Positions 10,950-19,981 of a DNA stretch of 64,000 nucleotides are shown one piece after another. The notes under the pieces are model-generated. The model was not told where the DNA came from. It made no database searches and was given only the letters and a program-made list of their open reading frames with translations. The stretch is from a virus. Lineage: Duplodnaviria; Caudoviricetes. The DNA lies in the IMG/VR virus record IMGVR_UViG_3300021431_000016, positions 1,906 to 65,905 of that record; one strand, given 5' to 3'. Every line of letters begins with the position of its first letter. Position 1 is the stretch's first letter. Made by a program: the position numbers and the translations under genes.

Positions 10950-12536
10950 ATGGCAGTGACAAACATTAAAGAGAGCGGCGCTGATGTAGCAAAAGTTGCA
11001 GGCGTCGACACTCAAGTACAAGGAGACCTCGATACCTCTAAGGGTTCAGCAGGTCTTGATTCTCAGGTTCCCGGCCAGCCAGCGACCGTCAGCGGTCTGG
11101 CAAGTGCCACAGGCGGAATTGGCTCAGGCAATTTCGTACAGCCCGACCTCGATGAGGAGCTTTTTAAGTTTCAATCGGACGACACCCCTCTGATGCAGTT
11201 GATGCTCAAGGCAAAGAAGGTGAAGGTTAAGTCGCCCGAGGTGAAGCACTACATGATTGACGAGCCCGCGTACTACGTTACCACTTCGACTGCTTTCACC
11301 GCAGCCGCAACCGTACAGGGCGTTCTTCCATTGGTGACCAACGACCAGCAGATTCCACGCCCCTTCACCACTCTTTTGGTTAACGGCGTAGACGGTTACG
11401 ATGAGAGCGGCACCCAGACCCCTGGCAAGCCCCTCATGCTTTTCGTTGTAGACCATGACGCAAGCACCGGCAACCCCATTGTGCGTGCCATCAACGGCAC
11501 CAAGGCTAACGCCAGCGACGAGTTCTGCGGCATTCCTGCTATCCCAGCAGGCACCAAGTGCACCATCCTCGGCAACGCCCTGTATGAGACCCAGAAGGAG
11601 GTTGATCCCGACCTCATCGTTCCCCAACCAAGTCTGATTTACCTTCAGAAGCGTGGTATGAACCAAGTGGTAAGCGACTACTTCGATGCTCAGAAGAAGG
11701 AGATTCCTTTCACCAAGAGCGTTATCGCAGAGGCCGCCATCGCCAACTTCAAGACCCGCGGCAACCGTACCCTTTGGGCAAGCCGTCAAGGCAAATTCAA
11801 ACTCAACGTTCCCAAGATGGGATTGCAGTATGTATATTCTACCGAGGGCGTGCGTTGGCAGTTCAAGCGCGAGTTGCAGCATAGCGGCGCATGGACCGTG
11901 GAGAAGCTCATCGCACTCGCCAAGATGTTCTTCACAGGCGAGGATGTGCCCAAGACAGGTATCGTATTGGCAGGTAAGAACTTCCTCGAGGGTATCCAGT
12001 GCATCGACTACTCGAAGCACCCAGAGATTCAAATCTCTACCGCTATCAACCCTGTAGGTTGGGAGGTGACCCGAATCCATACCGTTTTCGGCAACTTCGA
12101 CATCAAGCGCGAGCCCACCCTTGACCGCCTTGGCTGGAGCAATTCGGCTGGCATCTTCGGTGAGGACCGCCTCGTTCACTACACCTACTCGGCAGAACAT
12201 TCGTTCAACGACCGAGTGGACGGCGAGGAAGCCACCCGCACCGGCATCCTTATTTGGGATGCTTTGGCACTCAAGGGCTCTTGCCACATCTGGGTAGACG
12301 GTGAGGAAGGCAATGAGAGCGGCAACACAGGCGCCGTCACCTTCGAGTTCTGGGACAACAGCAAAGACCCCAGCGACGCAGGCGATGTAACTGATGGCGT
12401 AGCATACTACTTCCTTGAGAACACCGTGCTTGACAGCACCAACGATGTCACCGCAGAGGCAGGCAGCATTTGGGTTGCTTCCGTAAGTGGCAGCACCGTG
12501 ACATGGAAAGAGTACAACGGTCTGCTCAACGCGTAA
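10950..12536 (+). CDS. Probable major capsid protein
   Basis: 528 aa after the scaffold, low-complexity N-terminal arm, motifs typical of HK97-fold capsids (NQVVSDY..QK, EGVRWQ, IHTVFGNF), strong codon bias. Confidence 0.7.
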   Translation: MAVTNIKESGADVAKVAGVDTQVQGDLDTSKGSAGLDSQVPGQPATVSGLASATGGIGSGNFVQPDLDEELFKFQSDDTPLMQLMLKAKKVKVKSPEVKHYMIDEPAYYVTTSTAFTAAATVQGVLPLVTNDQQIPRPFTTLLVNGVDGYDESGTQTPGKPLMLFVVDHDASTGNPIVRAINGTKANASDEFCGIPAIPAGTKCTILGNALYETQKEVDPDLIVPQPSLIYLQKRGMNQVVSDYFDAQKKEIPFTKSVIAEAAIANFKTRGNRTLWASRQGKFKLNVPKMGLQYVYSTEGVRWQFKRELQHSGAWTVEKLIALAKMFFTGEDVPKTGIVLAGKNFLEGIQCIDYSKHPEIQISTAINPVGWEVTRIHTVFGNFDIKREPTLDRLGWSNSAGIFGEDRLVHYTYSAEHSFNDRVDGEEATRTGILIWDALALKGSCHIWVDGEEGNESGNTGAVTFEFWDNSKDPSDAGDVTDGVAYYFLENTVLDSTNDVTAEAGSIWVASVSGSTVTWKEYNGLLNA

Positions 12537-12638
12537 GAGAATAGAAACGGAGATTAATTAATCTTTGTCTTTAGAATGAGAGGCGGACGGTCGCGCACCG
12601 CACCGCCTCTTGTGATAAAGGCGAAAAACAAAGACAAG

Positions 12639-13094
12639 ATGAAGAACCAATTCAAGAAGACATACGGAGTATCGGGGCTTATAGACTGGCAGGCGCAAAT
12701 CAAGGCCGGCAAGGCAAGCCTCATCGTGACATTCACAGGTGGCGGATTGACAAGTTACGGCGTGACCCCCGCCCAATACACCACCGAGAACATCCTGTTC
12801 CAGAAGATTATCGAGAACAGCAAGGAGTTCAAGAAAGGAAAGATTAAGCTGTTGCGCACCATCCCGTTGAACCCAACGGCAGACGTGAACGCCAACACCG
12901 TCACCGACCTTGCAGACGTTCGCAAGGTGGTGCCCAAAGAGAATCTTCGTGCGATAGAGGGAGTTCAGAACTGTTCTGACGCGCGCATCTGGCTCAAAGA
13001 GCACAAGAATGTGAGTGTGGTGGGCAAGAGCAAGCAGGAGATTGTAGAGATTGCAGCCGCCAACGGTGTGTCATTCCCTAACCTCATGAAGTGA
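12639..13094 (+). CDS. Hypothetical virion-module protein (start at MKNQFKK)
   Basis: In operon after the capsid gene; C-terminal helix-extension-helix-like segment (KSKQEIVEIAAANGVSF). Confidence 0.6.
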   Translation: MKNQFKKTYGVSGLIDWQAQIKAGKASLIVTFTGGGLTSYGVTPAQYTTENILFQKIIENSKEFKKGKIKLLRTIPLNPTADVNANTVTDLADVRKVVPKENLRAIEGVQNCSDARIWLKEHKNVSVVGKSKQEIVEIAAANGVSFPNLMK

Positions 13095-13789
13095 TGAAAA
13101 TTGCTGTCGCCGACATAGTAAGACAGGTGCGCGTAATCCTCGACCAGAATCAGGAAGAGAACAGCATCATCTCCGCCGAGGACAACACCCTTGAGCTTGA
13201 CGTGGTTATCCGCCAGAAGATTATCCACGCTGCGAGGTTACTCTTAGAGACCAGCGACGTGAGCGTGATAGACTGCGGAAAGTCTTCGACCCTCACGCTG
13301 GAAGAGATAGAGGGCGTCGGGTGGGGTGAGCTTTCGGCTTGGAAAGCTACCCTGCCGAGCGACTATCTGCGCCTGCTGACGCTCAAGATGAGTGACTGGA
13401 AACGGGGAGCGCATGGGACAATACCAGTGGAGAGTGCTGAATACTCGCAGTTGCAGAGCTCATCCATAGGCATCACAGGAAATCCCATACGTCCTGTCGT
13501 TGCGGAAGGCCAGCATATAGGCACAGTTAACAATGCGTTGACGGAGTGGCGCGAGCTGGAGATATACACCAGTGCTACAGGCGAATGTGACGAGTTTAGA
13601 TATTGTCCCATCCCCAAACCGTATACGGAGGGAAATGTGGATTATCTTGACTTTCCCGAGAAGCTGTACCGCCACCTGCTGTACCAGGCAGGTTCGCTTG
13701 TCGCGGCGACATACAAGGACAGCGCATTGGCGCAGCTATTGATGAACATGGTCTATGAAGGAGAACCCGAAAGCAAAGACGAGCAATGA
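13091..13789 (+). CDS. Putative head-tail connector protein
   Basis: Overlapping start/stop in the structural operon; C-terminal YRHLLYQAGSLV helix typical of adaptors. Confidence 0.5.
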   Translation: MMKIAVADIVRQVRVILDQNQEENSIISAEDNTLELDVVIRQKIIHAARLLLETSDVSVIDCGKSSTLTLEEIEGVGWGELSAWKATLPSDYLRLLTLKMSDWKRGAHGTIPVESAEYSQLQSSSIGITGNPIRPVVAEGQHIGTVNNALTEWRELEIYTSATGECDEFRYCPIPKPYTEGNVDYLDFPEKLYRHLLYQAGSLVAATYKDSALAQLLMNMVYEGEPESKDEQ

Positions 13790-14190
13790 GAGTGACGATT
13801 TCAAGGAGCGAGATAGAGAAGGCGGCGATTCAGCTAAGCGAGTACATCGGCGAAAAAAGCGGGGCCTACGAGCAGGTGCGCGCAATCACCTACGACCGCC
13901 CGCTGTTGGACGGCTGGATAGCGCAGGCCATGACAGAGATTGGCGACCTTCTCGACCGCGTTACAAAGTTCGTGTATCGTGACGGCGACCACATGAGCAT
14001 AGAGCTCAAGGAGACCGTCACAAGACCACAAGAGGTGGAAGCATTGATGGTGCGCTACGCCAAGTACAGCGTTGTCGCCCACTGGCTGAACCTCGTACTA
14101 CCACAGGCTGCGGCGACCTATGAGGCCGACCGCCAGAGAGAATTGACAGAGTTAGTGAATTTAGCATATTATCGTAAAATGCCAAAATGA
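13786..14190 (+). CDS. Putative helical adaptor protein (paralogue of 45885-46457)
   Basis: Translationally coupled; visible similarity to the post-portal gene. Confidence 0.5.
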   Translation: MRVTISRSEIEKAAIQLSEYIGEKSGAYEQVRAITYDRPLLDGWIAQAMTEIGDLLDRVTKFVYRDGDHMSIELKETVTRPQEVEALMVRYAKYSVVAHWLNLVLPQAAATYEADRQRELTELVNLAYYRKMPK

Positions 14191-15878
14191 GCAGAACAAG
14201 AGTAAATTACAAATCAGACTTGCCGCCTGTAGCGGTTAAGTTTAAAATAAACGGCAGTGTGGTTGATGTCCCTAGCCATGATTTCGTTATCCGCTTCTTT
14301 GTGGACGGTGCGCCAGGCACAAGTTTTGAGTGCGCCCATAAGGGGGATGAGTATATCAACTGCGCCAAGACTGCTGACGACACCTTAACGTGCTACATCA
14401 ACAATCATAAGTTTGGGTGTGGGCGTTTGTGTTGTGAGTTCATAGACCTTTCGGCAGACAGCAGATACGAAGACAAGGTTCTTAAAACCGTCACTCCCTC
14501 TGCTCTTGATGTCGTTCTTGTGGAAGGGGCAGGCGACTCCAACGTTGAGGTGCTTAATATCATTTTCGGTTATGAGATTAACGAGATTGCAGAAATAACA
14601 GCAGTAGAAAGCTCGGAGGATGGCGGCAACAATGTAATCACTATCACACAGACTAACGGCGAAGAGTTTTCTTTCAACGTAAAAAACGGCACAAAGGGTT
14701 CAACAGGCGAAATGGGGCCAGAAGGACCTCAAGGACCAACAGGGCCTCAAGGACTAACAGGGCCTCAAGGACCAAAAGGCGACAGCGGTGTCCACCTCGG
14801 CGATGTGGTTCTCGTCAACAACCTCTCAGAAGGTGGAGAGGAGTCAGCCCTAAGTGCCGAAATGGGCATTGCCATTCGTGACATTATTGAACAAATCTTC
14901 AATGCTCTGGGAGAATATTCCTTTCCAAACGGCAAACCAACCATTGATTGGACAGGTGGTTTTGTCTCAATAAATCTTAACCTTTCCGACTTTACAAGCA
15001 GCAATATGAGCGACACGACCAAAAGGGGAGACGCATACACAACAACATTAACCCCCGCTCATAGCAGCAACCTTTATGTTAATGAGGTTGTCATTATGAT
15101 GGGAGATGAGGATATAACCGCCACCGCATACAATGAAAGCACTGGAGTTGTGAGTATCGCAGAAGTGACTGGCGCAATAGAGATAACCGCATCGCAGGAA
15201 ACTTATGTGCAGGATGGGCTTGTGCTGCATCTTGACGGAAAGAATAGAGGTGGCACGGCTGGGCATTGGGTTTCACTTGTTGACTACAATGGGGCACCAA
15301 TAGACTTCACCCTCACAGATTGCGATGAGACGCATGATGACTATGTAGCATTCAATGGGACAACCTCGAAAGGTGTTGGCAGTGTAAGTCTGCTTGATGT
15401 GTCAGCGGAAAGCGGGACAATTGAGGCAGCATATAACGGAGGTGAGTTGAACTCCAATCAGTTTGGCATTATGTACAACGCACTTGGCTCTAATAAGCGA
15501 ATATGTCTTGCATCGTGGAATCAAAATAGTGATGCAAACAACAACCTAATTGTGATATGTGCAGCATCTTCTAACACCTCATACGTTCCTTCAGACATAG
15601 GCGCAAAGTTTTCTAAGGCATCTATCACAAGTGGTGGTGTTATAAGTTGTTCTAAAGGCAACTTTAAAATAAACCAACAAAGTCAACTGTCCTATGCTGA
15701 CGCCTACCAAACAACTGACAGTGAATCTATGTTGTCATTGTTTTGGCGAAAACTATCATCAAGCGAAAGATTCTTCAAAGGCAACCTGCAATCATTGAGG
15801 GTATACAATCGCATCTTAACTAATGCAGAGAGAGCGCAAAATTATCGTGTTGATTCTATACGATTTAATCTTACATAA
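14187..15878 (+). CDS. Tail fibre / receptor-binding protein with collagen repeat, Ig-like and LamG-like domains
   Basis: About 11 G-X-Y triplets at about 14690-14790; VNNLSEGGEESALSAEMG hinge; C-terminal YVQDGLVLHLDG...LRVYNRILT motif of LamG/ConA domains. Confidence 0.75.
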   Translation: MSRTRVNYKSDLPPVAVKFKINGSVVDVPSHDFVIRFFVDGAPGTSFECAHKGDEYINCAKTADDTLTCYINNHKFGCGRLCCEFIDLSADSRYEDKVLKTVTPSALDVVLVEGAGDSNVEVLNIIFGYEINEIAEITAVESSEDGGNNVITITQTNGEEFSFNVKNGTKGSTGEMGPEGPQGPTGPQGLTGPQGPKGDSGVHLGDVVLVNNLSEGGEESALSAEMGIAIRDIIEQIFNALGEYSFPNGKPTIDWTGGFVSINLNLSDFTSSNMSDTTKRGDAYTTTLTPAHSSNLYVNEVVIMMGDEDITATAYNESTGVVSIAEVTGAIEITASQETYVQDGLVLHLDGKNRGGTAGHWVSLVDYNGAPIDFTLTDCDETHDDYVAFNGTTSKGVGSVSLLDVSAESGTIEAAYNGGELNSNQFGIMYNALGSNKRICLASWNQNSDANNNLIVICAASSNTSYVPSDIGAKFSKASITSGGVISCSKGNFKINQQSQLSYADAYQTTDSESMLSLFWRKLSSSERFFKGNLQSLRVYNRILTNAERAQNYRVDSIRFNLT

Positions 15879-15880
15879 TT

Positions 15881-16867
15881 ATGTCAATCCAAACACTGTA
15901 CAAAACCGACAAGGGCAATGATTTTATTGCTAAATTGAATACAAATTTTGCCGATATAGGCAATCTTGCTTTTAGTGACAATGATTGCAGAGCAAGATTC
16001 ATTCAAGAGATGAACAAAAAAGCGCAATTATTGGGGATGTTTAACACGACATTCTATGACCCTGCTGGAAATCAACCAGCAACATTGTATTTACCGAACT
16101 ACCAACAGCAATATCCGCAAATGTTTTTGAGTGAGAATGCCAACACCATGTCGGCAATTGATGCGCTTAAAATGTTGCTATTTGCAAGTGGGATTAGGCA
16201 AATCAATAGTGCGTGGTCATTGGCTACATACACACTTAACTATACCAATGGAGAAACTGAAAAAACTGCAACAATTACATCCTCTGTTATGGGCAAAAGT
16301 GATGCACTTGCAACAAGTTATCAAATATTGGGAGGCAAGACTGGTTCAATGCTTTTTGCCCCTCTTAATGCAAAAACACTTGTTGTGGTTGCTCGTTCAA
16401 TTGCAACGGGTAAAATATTCATCTGTGCTGATTTCAGCACTTCTACTACAGCTATAAGGGACAATGTTAAAAGCATACTTGATGCCGCAGATAACAATAC
16501 TGCTGCGCCACAATATTCACAAGGTGCTTATTGTGTCGGTGAATTGCCAGCCATCACACCATCGTTATATTGCAGAACTGACATCCCTCTTATATATACA
16601 TTCAATAGCGAAAATGTTTCTTATCCTGCGTCTGTCACCAAGATAATGACTGCAATCTTGCTATGTGAAAGCAACCTTGACCTTGAGAAAAAAATCGCTG
16701 TCAAAGAGAGTGACCGACAGCCACCGACTGGCACAAACTTTGTCGCTGGTGACACTTTGCGCTTGCGTGAATACTTGCAATGTATGCTAATGGAGAGCAG
16801 CAACACAAGCGCACAAGTAATTGCGAGGTATGTGGGAAATATCCTGCTTAACAGAGATAACTTTTAA
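15881..16867 (+). CDS. Circularly permuted serine DD-carboxypeptidase / penicillin-binding-protein-fold protein (peptidase S11-like)
   Basis: Contains PASVTK (SxxK), SSN (SxN), GGKTG and FIQEMNKKAQLLGMFNTTF, but in the order MN..KTG..SxxK..SxN. Confidence 0.8.
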   Translation: MSIQTLYKTDKGNDFIAKLNTNFADIGNLAFSDNDCRARFIQEMNKKAQLLGMFNTTFYDPAGNQPATLYLPNYQQQYPQMFLSENANTMSAIDALKMLLFASGIRQINSAWSLATYTLNYTNGETEKTATITSSVMGKSDALATSYQILGGKTGSMLFAPLNAKTLVVVARSIATGKIFICADFSTSTTAIRDNVKSILDAADNNTAAPQYSQGAYCVGELPAITPSLYCRTDIPLIYTFNSENVSYPASVTKIMTAILLCESNLDLEKKIAVKESDRQPPTGTNFVAGDTLRLREYLQCMLMESSNTSAQVIARYVGNILLNRDNF

Positions 16868-16950
16868 ATTGCCCAGGGAGTGACTTGCGGATAGAATACA
16901 TGAGCGACAACATAAGAACTATGGAAAGATTAACGAGATAGAGGCGCAGT

Positions 16951-16978
16951 AAAAAAAGAGGCGACCTCTGTCGCCTCT
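16951..16978 (-). terminator. Intrinsic terminator
   Basis: AGAGGCGAC-ctct-GTCGCCTCT with an A7 tract on the left, i.e. a U-tract on the minus strand. Confidence 0.7.
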
Positions 16979-17122
16979 ACCCACAATGGGGATTTAAAAG
17001 TCCCCTACTAAAATAAATCTTAATTACCACAAAAAGATTCTCCCAGATGGAAGCGTAGGGGACGTAATATCCTTAACCTTCCAAGTGGGAGATTATTGTA
17101 TAATCGCATATCTTTTTGTGGT
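16951..17122 (-). ncRNA. Candidate structured ncRNA with long hairpin and potential pseudoknot
   Basis: Minus-strand TACCTTTG promoter (17126-17133), 14-bp and 6+7-bp nested inverted repeats, 9-nt loop complementarity, intrinsic terminator at 16951-16978. Confidence 0.6.
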
Positions 17123-17146
17123 ATGCAAAGGTAATAATAAAATACT

Positions 17147-17380
17147 ATGCTTGCAATAGATTTGGTAAGATTTTGTGGTGAGATGCTGAAACGTCTTTCA
17201 GATTGTGACATATTGCTCGACGATTACAAACGAGTGGGAATGTGTGACGAGTACTGCAAACTGATTGACGAGGGACATAAAAAGGAATATGCCATTGCTG
17301 TGGTGACTGAGAAGTATAAGGTTAGTGAAAGCACTTTGAGACGAGCGTTGAAGCGGTTGTGCCGACCTGTCACGACGTGA
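17147..17380 (+). CDS. Small protein with C-terminal HTH-like segment
   Basis: KKEYAIAVVTEKYKVSESTLRRALKRL resembles an HTH recognition pattern. Confidence 0.55.
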   Translation: MLAIDLVRFCGEMLKRLSDCDILLDDYKRVGMCDEYCKLIDEGHKKEYAIAVVTEKYKVSESTLRRALKRLCRPVTT

Positions 17381-17425
17381 AAGATTAATAAGAAGGAAAT
17401 AATTGCGAAGTCATTTTGGAGTGGC

Positions 17426-17433
17426 TAACTTTG
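17426..17433 (+). promoter_or_regulatory. Host-type -7 promoter element for the 17503-20352 cassette
   Basis: TAACTTTG, without the late 13-bp motif upstream. Confidence 0.6.
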
Positions 17434-17502
17434 CGGTACCTTAAATCGCGATAAAAGGAATAACGAAAACAATCTTTATTAACTCTTAAATCTACTACAA
17501 CA

Positions 17503-18417
17503 ATGGCAGATACAAAAGTATTTAGCTTCCCAGACAACGGGAACAACGGCGGTCTCTTCGGCGGCAATGGTGGCTGGGGCGGCGGCATACTCGGTTTCCT
17601 GCTGGGCTTGATGTTCGGCAACGGTGGCTGGGGCGGTTTCGGCGGCTTTGGCGGCGGCAACAATGGTGCAGGATTCCTCGCCAACCAGATGAACAACGAC
17701 AACGGCCGTGACCTCTTGATGCAGGCAATCACATCACAAGGCGAGCAGAGCCGCCAGGCAATCTCGACCTTGAGCACCATGCTCGGCCAAGACTTCAACT
17801 TGGTTAACTCAAGCATTCAGACCATCGGCACAGCGGTCAACAACATCGCCAACCAGCAAGGCATGAACGCATTGCAGGTTATCAACGCAATCCAGAGCGG
17901 CAACGCATCGCTCTCGAGCCAGTTGTGCCAGTGCTGCTGCAACATGCAGGCTACCGTGAACAACGGCTTCGGTGATGTGCAAAGAGCTATTGCCGACAAG
18001 GCGGCAGCAGATCAGCTCGGCACATGCCAGCAGACCTATGCTCTCACCGACACGATGAACCGCAACAACCAGAGCATCCTCGACAAGCTCGCCTCGATGG
18101 AGACAAGAGCCCTCCAGGATAAGCTCGAAGCGGCCCGTGAGAAGAACACCCAACTCAGCGGTGAGATTTCGCAGCTCAACCAGAACCAGTACATCGCCGG
18201 TGTGGTAGGTCAGTCAATGGCTCCCCTCAATGCGCAGCTCGCCGCCTTGAACAAGGAGGTTGACGACATCAAGTGCAAGCTGCCCAACACCGTGAACGTT
18301 GAATACCCCAACCTTGTGGCCGTGAACGCCACCCCCTACGTCAATGGAGGCTTCTATGGCAACAGTGGCTACAACTACTACGGCGGCAACGGCTTCGGCG
18401 GTGGTATCGTGTTTTGA
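17503..18417 (+). CDS. Gly-rich membrane-anchored coiled-coil protein of unknown function
   Basis: Gly/Asn-rich N-terminus with hydrophobic ILGFLLGLMF, Gln/Asn coiled coil, LCQCCC motif, aromatic/Gly tail. Confidence 0.8.
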   Translation: MADTKVFSFPDNGNNGGLFGGNGGWGGGILGFLLGLMFGNGGWGGFGGFGGGNNGAGFLANQMNNDNGRDLLMQAITSQGEQSRQAISTLSTMLGQDFNLVNSSIQTIGTAVNNIANQQGMNALQVINAIQSGNASLSSQLCQCCCNMQATVNNGFGDVQRAIADKAAADQLGTCQQTYALTDTMNRNNQSILDKLASMETRALQDKLEAAREKNTQLSGEISQLNQNQYIAGVVGQSMAPLNAQLAALNKEVDDIKCKLPNTVNVEYPNLVAVNATPYVNGGFYGNSGYNYYGGNGFGGGIVF

Positions 18418-18442
18418 TTAAAGCATAGAAGGAGGATAGGAT

Positions 18443-18778
18443 ATGGCATGCTTTAACAACATCACCACCAACGCTGGCGGTATTCCCTACCTCAGCGTGG
18501 GCAACGTTACCGTAGGCACCGATGCAGTTGACCTGGCACTCGGTTTCCGCCGCATCGCTCCAGTGGGCTATATGACAATCCGTCTTGCCACTGCGATTCC
18601 CGCGGACACCACTACCACATTGCCAGTGACATTGACCCTCAACGGCACAACGAGGAATCTGACATTGTATGACGGCACCCAGGCCACCGTGGCCGACCTT
18701 ATCGGCGGTGGTGTGTTCACCGTCTTCAACGACCGCTTCAACGGTGTGCTGCAAGTGGTGTCACTAACAGCAGCGTAA
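18443..18778 (+). CDS. Hypothetical beta-rich protein
   Basis: Clean ORF in the cassette, Thr/Val-rich alternating pattern. Confidence 0.7.
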   Translation: MACFNNITTNAGGIPYLSVGNVTVGTDAVDLALGFRRIAPVGYMTIRLATAIPADTTTTLPVTLTLNGTTRNLTLYDGTQATVADLIGGGVFTVFNDRFNGVLQVVSLTAA

Positions 18779-18807
18779 CGGATTAATCAACTTTAAATTT
18801 AAAAACC

Positions 18808-19281
18808 ATGTTTCAGAATCTAAGACCAGGCAATATTTTCTATATCGTTGAGAGAGACAAAGTGCCCACAGTGAAGACCGGGCAAGTGTTGAAGACAAGC
18901 AGCCCGATGCCAGTGTACGGCAGCGGCTACCAGCCGCAGTATGAGATGACGGTGCGCGCCAAAGTGGGCGACAACGAGGGTGATTTCGCCCATCTGCCAG
19001 CCAGTGGCGACACCCATGACTACGGCAACATGATAGTAGCCAGCAACCGTGAGGCATTACTCGGCGTAATCGACAATATCGAGCAGGTGGCAGACGGTGA
19101 GTTGAGCCGCACCGAGCAGAACAAAGCCACTAAGGCGGCGTGCGTGGAGATAAGGAAGAGCCTTAACCCCAGCTATGCCAAGGAGCAGGAGCGCGACGAG
19201 GCCATCAGCAACCTGAGCGGACGCCTCGACGGGATAGAGAACTCAATGGCCGAGGTACTGAAACTCTTAAACAAGAAATAA
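18808..19281 (+). CDS. Hypothetical protein (N-terminal beta domain, C-terminal coiled coil)
   Basis: Clean ORF with AT-rich leader. Confidence 0.7.
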   Translation: MFQNLRPGNIFYIVERDKVPTVKTGQVLKTSSPMPVYGSGYQPQYEMTVRAKVGDNEGDFAHLPASGDTHDYGNMIVASNREALLGVIDNIEQVADGELSRTEQNKATKAACVEIRKSLNPSYAKEQERDEAISNLSGRLDGIENSMAEVLKLLNKK

Positions 19282-19285
19282 CATT

Positions 19286-19534
19286 ATGGCATACGTTTTA
19301 GAATTTCGTGACGAGCAGGAGCTTGACAACGTGATGGAGAAGATGCACAAGGCGAAGAAGGCCGTGTGCGAGGCTATGGAGGCCATGGAGCAGGCCGACG
19401 GCGGCAACACCATGAGTGAGCGCGGCATGTACCGCAACGGTATGAGTTACCGCAGAGGCGGTGGCCGTTACCGCGAGGCATACCGTGACGGCAACGACAT
19501 GGAAGGCCGCGGAGAGGGACGCTACAGTTATTAA
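19286..19534 (+). CDS. Small hypothetical protein with Arg/Gly/Tyr-rich tail
   Basis: Helical N-terminus, then RGMYRNGMSYRRGGGRYR. Confidence 0.7.
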   Translation: MAYVLEFRDEQELDNVMEKMHKAKKAVCEAMEAMEQADGGNTMSERGMYRNGMSYRRGGGRYREAYRDGNDMEGRGEGRYSY

Positions 19535-19585
19535 TAACCCAAGGGGTGGGTGTGTCGCCTGCCCCTTTCAATTTCTTGAAATACT

Positions 19586-19981
19586 ATGGACATGACACAA
19601 TATGACAAGAAACCCGAGGCGATGATCAACTACCTGCGCTACAACGGCCCTCACTTCTCGAAGAAACTGTGCGAGTTCGCCGTGGGCAAGATGCGCAAGA
19701 AGGAAGGGCGAATCACCCCTTGGAGCAAGGCGGAGGTGGATGACATCCTCAAAAGCGCCAACGTGGAGATAGAGAATGACAACCTTCATGATGCCGTTTT
19801 CGTTGCCAACATGTGCAAGGCCGACTACTACAAGAGCAGCATCGCCGACAAGGAACATGTGGCGAGATACATCAAGGACTACCTCGACGACGAAGACGGA
19901 TATGACGGCATAGCGTTCAACCGCTGGCTCGCTGACTGCGCCCGTAAAGGCGTCGCCATCCCCTGGGGCGACGTGCTATGA
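19586..19981 (+). CDS. Hypothetical helical protein
   Basis: Clean ORF, coupled to the next gene. Confidence 0.7.
   Translation: MDMTQYDKKPEAMINYLRYNGPHFSKKLCEFAVGKMRKKEGRITPWSKAEVDDILKSANVEIENDNLHDAVFVANMCKADYYKSSIADKEHVARYIKDYLDDEDGYDGIAFNRWLADCARKGVAIPWGDVL

Noticed and set aside
11124-12287. 387-aa minus-strand ORF opposite the capsid gene
   Set aside because: Shadow ORF of a strongly biased gene; no independent signal
14187-15878. Diversity-generating retroelement targeting the fibre
   Set aside because: No reverse transcriptase ORF and no template/variable repeat pair noticed in the window
17020-17109. 29-codon ORF inside the ncRNA candidate as a type I toxin
   Set aside because: Not hydrophobic, and its start is sequestered in the 14-bp stem; not excluded, but unsupported
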